A DNA stretch of 64,000 nucleotides from Candidatus Bathyarchaeota archaeon (GTDB taxonomy: Archaea > Thermoproteota > Bathyarchaeia > TCS64). Every line of letters starts with the position of its first letter. The stretch's first letter is position 1. The translations under genes were made by a program, and so were the position numbers. The DNA is taken from positions 14,804 to 78,803 of the forward strand of contig JASLYX010000005.1 of NCBI GenBank assembly GCA_030739585.1. The letters run 5' to 3'. The notes beneath the pieces were generated by a model that was given only the letters and a program-made list of their open reading frames with translations, was not told the DNA's origin and did not search any database. This document shows positions 58,917 through 64,000 of the stretch, in pieces.

Positions 58917-59591
58917 GTGCCGAAGAAGAAGCCATACTACCTCCAAGATCCCTGGGAGATACTCTTTAAGGTCAAAAAGCTGGGGAAGACAAGCCCTTGG
59001 AGCATAGATCTGGTGCATATCCTCACTACCCTTTTAGAGGAGATGCACAAGGTCGGCATTGATTTTAGAATCGCCGGGACAGCTATCAACTCCTCGGTAA
59101 TAATCTACCAAAAAAAGGCTGAGCTTCTCCTCAAGTTAGAGGAGCCTCGGAAGCCCCAGATTGTGAGACCCGACATCTATGTCCCTCCAGCCCTAAATCT
59201 CCCCTTCCGATTCGAGTTTACGAATACTAGCGTCACAGATCTTATTACTGCCTTAGAGAGTGCGCTCACGGAGGATAGGAGGTCATCTCTCCCACGGGTT
59301 CCCGTGCTCCCGGTTCAGATACCAGACTTTCTAGATGTGGAACAGTATCTCCTTGAGGTGGGGGAACGATCGGAGGGACTCTACGAGAGCCTTTTGGAGA
59401 GGGATGGAGGGCCTTTCAGCATCAGGGAACTCATAGAAAACTTGAGTCCTATAGAGAAGGTCCGAATATTCATGATGCTACTGTTTTTGGCCCAGAGTCT
59501 CAAGGTGGATCTCTTTCAGGACGAACAAGAGACCGACATCCGGATTAAAGTCAGAGAGATGAATGATGATCAGCAATATCCAGAACAATAA
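58917..59591 (+). CDS. scpA: Segregation and condensation protein A (kleisin)
   Basis: PWSIDL, DFRIAG, FMMLLFLA; follows smc. Confidence 0.88.
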   Translation: MPKKKPYYLQDPWEILFKVKKLGKTSPWSIDLVHILTTLLEEMHKVGIDFRIAGTAINSSVIIYQKKAELLLKLEEPRKPQIVRPDIYVPPALNLPFRFEFTNTSVTDLITALESALTEDRRSSLPRVPVLPVQIPDFLDVEQYLLEVGERSEGLYESLLERDGGPFSIRELIENLSPIEKVRIFMMLLFLAQSLKVDLFQDEQETDIRIKVREMNDDQQYPEQ

Positions 59592-60201
59592 ACGCTTGGC
59601 GATGCTTGAGGCGGCTCTTTATGCTGCAGGGCGTCCGGTTGAACTTAAGAACATGAAAGTAATCGCCAGAACGAAATCGGATAAGGTGATCGCAGGTTTA
59701 ATCCGAGAACTCTCTCTTCGATACGAGGCTCGGAGGAGTGCTTTAGAGGTCATGATCCTGCCAGGAAACAGAGCCGTCATGAGGCTCAAACAGAGGTTTG
59801 ATCATTCGGTGAAGAGATTTACAAAAAGGCCACTTCTCTCAATCGGTCCCCTTAAGACCCTGTCCTACGTTGCCTATAATCAACCTGTACTCCAGGGTCA
59901 GGTTGTGGCGGACAGAGGAAACCACGTCTACTCTCACCTTAAGAGGATGGCGGACATGGGGCTAATCTCCAGAGAGAGAAACGAGAACAGAGCCTATGTG
60001 ATCAAAACAACCCCGTTCTTCGCTGACTATTTCGGTTTTGGCACGGATCCCATGAATACGAAAATACAACTCAGAAGAATATTCAATCAGATAAAAATCC
60101 ACAGACTGGATAACGGAAATGGGGAGAGCGCTGGGCGAAAGACCCTCAATCTGGCTTTCGACGGGAGCACCATCGCAGAGCCCATGGATAAGCTCCCCTA
60201 A
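59563..60201 (+). CDS. scpB: Segregation and condensation protein B
   Basis: LEAALYAAGRP, LKTLSYVAYNQPV, TTPFFADYFG. Confidence 0.92.
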   Translation: MMISNIQNNKRLAMLEAALYAAGRPVELKNMKVIARTKSDKVIAGLIRELSLRYEARRSALEVMILPGNRAVMRLKQRFDHSVKRFTKRPLLSIGPLKTLSYVAYNQPVLQGQVVADRGNHVYSHLKRMADMGLISRERNENRAYVIKTTPFFADYFGFGTDPMNTKIQLRRIFNQIKIHRLDNGNGESAGRKTLNLAFDGSTIAEPMDKLP

Positions 60202-60314
60202 AAACTGTGGAGAACGCCCCTGAGGAGAACACAAGAATATTCCACACATTTTTATATCCTCCCTAGGTCTAAGTCTAAAGAAAGAGCAGAGCTTTTTACA
60301 CTGAGGAAAAATAG

Positions 60315-60701
60315 ATGGCTTGGCAGAGTGGGATAACAAAGCGAAAAAAGACGGGCGGAAAGAAGAGAGCCTATAGATCCAAGAGGCTTAGGGACGCGGG
60401 TAGCGCTCCATTGCAATCTGAACTGGGAAATACCATTAGGAGGGTGGAGTCTGGGAAGAGTCGCCTCCTCAAGGTGAAGCTATTCTCTGACAATGTTGTC
60501 AACGTCTCCGACCCATCAACAGGGACAACCGAGAGACTTGAGATCCGTGACGTCGTGGAGAACCCTGCAAACATTGACTACAACAGGCGAGGAGTTATCA
60601 CCAAAGGAGCCATCGTGCGTACTGATGAAGGCCTCGCAAAAATAGTCTCAAGACCAGGGCAGCACGGCGTTTTCAATGCAATCGTCATAAAAGAGGAGTA
60701 G
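60315..60701 (+). CDS. rps8e: 30S ribosomal protein S8e
   Basis: KRKKTGGK, NPANIDYNRRGVITKGA, SRPGQHG. Confidence 0.95.
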   Translation: MAWQSGITKRKKTGGKKRAYRSKRLRDAGSAPLQSELGNTIRRVESGKSRLLKVKLFSDNVVNVSDPSTGTTERLEIRDVVENPANIDYNRRGVITKGAIVRTDEGLAKIVSRPGQHGVFNAIVIKEE

Positions 60702-60728
60702 TAACATCCCTCATGAGATGAGGCCCCG

Positions 60729-61019
60729 GTGAGGAAAAAACGCAGACTAGTATTCTGGCCAGCTTATTTCGAGTCTAATAATACTAGAGGGGAAGGCCGA
60801 AGAGTGCCCAAGGCACAGGCTATCCGGAGCGTCAGTATTGGTGAGCTCTATAGAGCGGCTGAGGAACTTGAGTTGAACCCGGAATTGAAACCTAGTTCAG
60901 CCTACACAAAAAAGCCATGGGATCGGACAGGATCCGTCATTGTCAATAAGGCTAAGTCGAAAACACTCACCACAACTGAGATCGCGTCGCGGATACGCTC
61001 AAACCGATCCAAAAGATAA
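60729..61019 (+). CDS. srp19: Signal recognition particle 19 kDa protein
   Basis: FWPAYF...RGEGRRVPK. Confidence 0.9.
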   Translation: MRKKRRLVFWPAYFESNNTRGEGRRVPKAQAIRSVSIGELYRAAEELELNPELKPSSAYTKKPWDRTGSVIVNKAKSKTLTTTEIASRIRSNRSKR

Positions 61020-61061
61020 ATCAATTCGCCCCAGGATAAACGATAATGAAGTGTTAAAAAA

Positions 61062-61337
61062 TTGGTTACACGTAAAGGAGGATCTATAAAGAAAGGCAGT
61101 CAGGTCGGAACGGTGAGTCACATCTCTCGAAGCAGTGGGAACCTTATCCTCGAATCAAGCCGGAACGCCAAGATCGGGGAGACGGTTTTTGATTATAAGG
61201 GTAAGCGGGTTGGCGTTGTCTTTGATGTCTTTGGCCCTGTGAATAAACCATATGCCTCAGTTAGGACGAGGATCAAAAAACCTGAACACCTAATTGGCGC
61301 AGAGTTGTACTCGGGCAGAGGAAAAAGTAGAACCTAG
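61062..61337 (+). CDS. gar1: H/ACA RNP protein Gar1
   Basis: GVVFDVFGPVNKPY. Confidence 0.88.
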   Translation: MVTRKGGSIKKGSQVGTVSHISRSSGNLILESSRNAKIGETVFDYKGKRVGVVFDVFGPVNKPYASVRTRIKKPEHLIGAELYSGRGKSRT

Positions 61338-61375
61338 GGTATCCTATAACGGGTAGAAAGTGTGTTACATCCTAG

Positions 61376-62443
61376 TTAACGTTTGATCTTCCCCTGGATA
61401 AAGTCTTCCACCAGATTTTTTGCGACGTTGTCACTAATCTGGAACGGGGGATGCTTGAAGGCGTAGGAGGAGATGCTTGTAAGAGGACCGGATATGCCCC
61501 TGTCGAGGGCAAGTTTCACAGCTCGTACGACATCAATGACAACGCCACCGCTGTTAGGTGAATCATTTACCACAAGCTTAAGGTTGAGTGTGATGGGAAG
61601 ATCTCCGAAGCCTTTACCGTCTACCTTGATGTAGCAAATCTTGTGATCCTTAAGAAAAGGAACAAAGTCACTGGGACCGATACGAGTGGGGACCTCGTAG
61701 GGTATCATGCTCGTAACAGCCTCGGTTTTGCTAACCCGCTTCGTGTGAAGCCTATTCTCCACAGTCATATTGAGGAAATCGGTGTTCCCACCGATATTGA
61801 GCTGGTAGGTGGAGTCTACGTGAACCCCTCGATCAGAAAATAATTCCGCAATAGCCCTGTGGAGAATAGTGGCCCCGATCTGGCTCTTAATATCATCCCC
61901 TGCGACGGGGAGGCCGGCATTTATGAAGCTCTTGGCCCACTCAGGAACAGAGGCAATGAACGCGGGAATGCAATTAATGAATGCACAACCGGCTTTAAGA
62001 GCCGCTCGGGCGTAGAACTGAGTGGCCTCGGCGCTACCTACCGGAAGATAGTTGATGAGCATATCTGCCTCAGATTCCCTGAGAGCCTCTACAATGTCAA
62101 CTGGCTCGTGGTCCTCAACGAAGAAGGCCTCCCTCATGTGTGGGGCCACTCCATCTGAGACCGGGCCCGGCTGGACCTTCCTCCCTATCGTAGGGACCTT
62201 GACGAACTTTGCGCAAAGGTTTGGCTCCGCGAAGATGGCCTCCGAGATGTCCATACCAATTTTTTTGCTGTTGACATCAAAAGCGGCAACGAACTCTATG
62301 TCATCGATAAAGTAGCCACCAAAGTCGATGTGCATGAGGCCTGGGATCTCCCCCTCTTTCTGGTGCCGGTAATACTCGACCCCCTGTATTAGTGCGGAGG
62401 CGCAGCTCCCTAGTCCCGCTATTGCGACCCGGATCTTCCCCAA
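61376..62443 (-). CDS. ino1: myo-Inositol-1-phosphate synthase
   Basis: GLGSCAS, NYLPVGS, GDDIKSQIGAT, NIGGNTDF, DSPNSGG. Confidence 0.95.
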   Translation of the reverse strand: MGKIRVAIAGLGSCASALIQGVEYYRHQKEGEIPGLMHIDFGGYFIDDIEFVAAFDVNSKKIGMDISEAIFAEPNLCAKFVKVPTIGRKVQPGPVSDGVAPHMREAFFVEDHEPVDIVEALRESEADMLINYLPVGSAEATQFYARAALKAGCAFINCIPAFIASVPEWAKSFINAGLPVAGDDIKSQIGATILHRAIAELFSDRGVHVDSTYQLNIGGNTDFLNMTVENRLHTKRVSKTEAVTSMIPYEVPTRIGPSDFVPFLKDHKICYIKVDGKGFGDLPITLNLKLVVNDSPNSGGVVIDVVRAVKLALDRGISGPLTSISSYAFKHPPFQISDNVAKNLVEDFIQGKIKR

Positions 62444-62567
62444 AGTGATGCCTTCGTTGAACTTTCAGTTAAGTACTCATTTCTGTTATTAAAGTGTCCC
62501 TTCGAAAAGAAATCGTTTCCGCTCTGGAATCACTTCAATCGAAGACTAGGGGGGAGAGCAATCTGAT

Positions 62568-62792
62568 TCAAACAATGTCGTTTTTTATGTATTTTCTGAT
62601 TCCTTCATCATCCCGAACCATTTTTATCTTTTCTTTTTTGAAAAGAGACCGGAGGAGCTTAAAAACACGCTTTTCCTCCACCTCCATTACTTGAGCTACC
62701 TCGATCAAACTCATAGGCGTATCATGGATATGCACAAGTATCTGTTTCTTCAGTTTGGCAGTAGACACTTTTTTCGGCTTGGCAACAGACAA
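62568..62792 (-). CDS. Small winged-helix-like hypothetical protein
   Basis: Basic 74-aa ORF, PMSLIEVAQVM...VFKLLRSL. Confidence 0.55.
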   Translation of the reverse strand: MSVAKPKKVSTAKLKKQILVHIHDTPMSLIEVAQVMEVEEKRVFKLLRSLFKKEKIKMVRDDEGIRKYIKNDIV

Positions 62793-63052
62793 CGTTAATT
62801 CACCTAAGATACATGGTGCTAGGTAAATAAATTAATATTTGTGATTGAATGAAAAGACCAAAAAACGGTAATTTTTCTGATAATCAGTTTTGAATCAACC
62901 TAGTCACACGTGGTTTGTTCATTTTTCCAAAGAGGGACAATACGGTCGTTTATTTTAAGTTTAATAAGGATATTTTTTCTCAATAAAGCACACGCCTGCT
63001 CAAGCTATAAATATCCTAGAAGGCTATTTGAAACCGGAAGGAATTACGAACA

Positions 63053-63316
63053 ATGGCAAAAGTGTCTGTAGAGATAACGGATATTCTTGAGGAAGGGTGG
63101 TGCCCGTTGGATCACAAGATTGGTGAGACGTTTAACTATCCTGAGGATATAGGAAAACTCTGCCCGGCTGCACTCAACTCTATCTACCCTTATCTGAGAA
63201 TATTGGAATCGGGAGGATCCTACGAATACTTCGAAACGCCCAACTCCCACTCTGCCTGCTGCCCCGATTATAAGCGCCCTGTAGTCTTCAAGATATCCCG
63301 TGAAGCATCAGAGTAG
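63053..63316 (+). CDS. TIGR04076-like small Cys-containing protein
   Basis: CPLDHKIGETF, LCPAA, ACCPDYKRPVVFKI. Confidence 0.8.
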   Translation: MAKVSVEITDILEEGWCPLDHKIGETFNYPEDIGKLCPAALNSIYPYLRILESGGSYEYFETPNSHSACCPDYKRPVVFKISREASE

Positions 63317-63589
63317 GGGCCCTTTTTTTCTTGATCCGATCAACCACCAAATCTATGGTATGAAAGAGAAAGATAATCAAAGTCTAGTGCTATTTTTTCT
63401 GTATTGATACATCTAATTAATGGAACTTCTGAGGGGGGGGAGGGGTCGTCCTTCTCTCCCTAGTTCTCGCGCGCTGCAGCGGGATAGGTAAATTGATCTC
63501 AGCCAATTATAGATAGACAGTGATTAAGGTGAAAAAGAGTGTGGAAATAAACCTGTTGTCCTGAAAGAAAATTAGATATAACAATTATT

Positions 63590-64000
63590 TCAGGTAAATA
63601 ATTGTCTGAATTGAGGTGGAAAAAGCGAAGGCACTCCCCCGGTATGCCAGAAGACAACTTTGTCGTCCTCAGTGAAGACCTCCTTTTTTATCAAGTCAAT
63701 TAATCCAGCCATGCCTTTACCTGTATAGATAGGATCTAAAAGCACTCCTTCTGTCTTTGCAACAAGCTTAATCGCCTTAATCATGCCCTCAGTAGGAATA
63801 GCATATCCGTTTCCAATGTAATCAATTTTAACGTTGATGTCGTCTGGTCTGAATTCGATATTCAATCCTAGATGATTCGCTGTTCCGTTGATTAGATCCG
63901 TAAGGTTCTGTTCCCAGTTATCTTTCCGTTCACTGATAGCTATTCCCATGACCTCGATATCTGAATTAGCTGCTATCGAGCCTAGACACAGACCACCATA
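63590..64000 (-). CDS. D-cysteine desulfhydrase / ACC deaminase family PLP enzyme, C-terminal part
   Basis: GYAIP, EGVLLDPIYTGK, FWHTGG; 5' end beyond window. Confidence 0.88.
   Translation of the reverse strand, partial: YGGLCLGSIAANSDIEVMGIAISERKDNWEQNLTDLINGTANHLGLNIEFRPDDINVKIDYIGNGYAIPTEGMIKAIKLVAKTEGVLLDPIYTGKGMAGLIDLIKKEVFTEDDKVVFWHTGGVPSLFPPQFRQLFT

Noticed and set aside
1-64000. CRISPR array, rRNA, intact IS/transposase, inteins in AtpA or SMC
   Set aside because: No regularly spaced repeats, rRNA-like sequence or transposase ORF seen; AtpA and SMC have normal lengths.

Overview
Archaeal chromosomal segment (TFB, S8e, SRP19, Gar1, A-type ATPase, A1-U72 tRNA-Gln). The gene set and the integrase C-terminal signature suggest Bathyarchaeia/TACK (inference). 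The left half (~1-33.8 kb) is a bioenergetic island: thiolase/DUF35, a PNPOx-like::MenA fusion, a nitrilase, HdrD-like plus HdrA::MvhD-like plus EtfBA, tatAC, a 'headless' complex I-like operon, and an A1Ao ATPase split into two convergent units. The main finding is that the complex I operon encodes five antiporter-like subunits (N-like, L and three tandem M-like). Its NuoL lateral helix is extended by about 52-58 residues, built from three imperfect ~27-aa repeats, roughly what is needed to span two extra subunits. This points to a '3M' complex I, beyond the described '2M' complexes. The right half is mostly housekeeping and regulatory genes: Lrp, two TFBs, a heterodimeric ABC exporter, UDG, HtpX, ArgRS, tRNA-Gln with an adjacent dead integrase fragment, uppS, smc-scpA-scpB, S8e, SRP19, Gar1 and ino1. 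A CGCGCG-core motif recurs in intergenic DNA. All calls come from reading motifs by eye; no searches were run.
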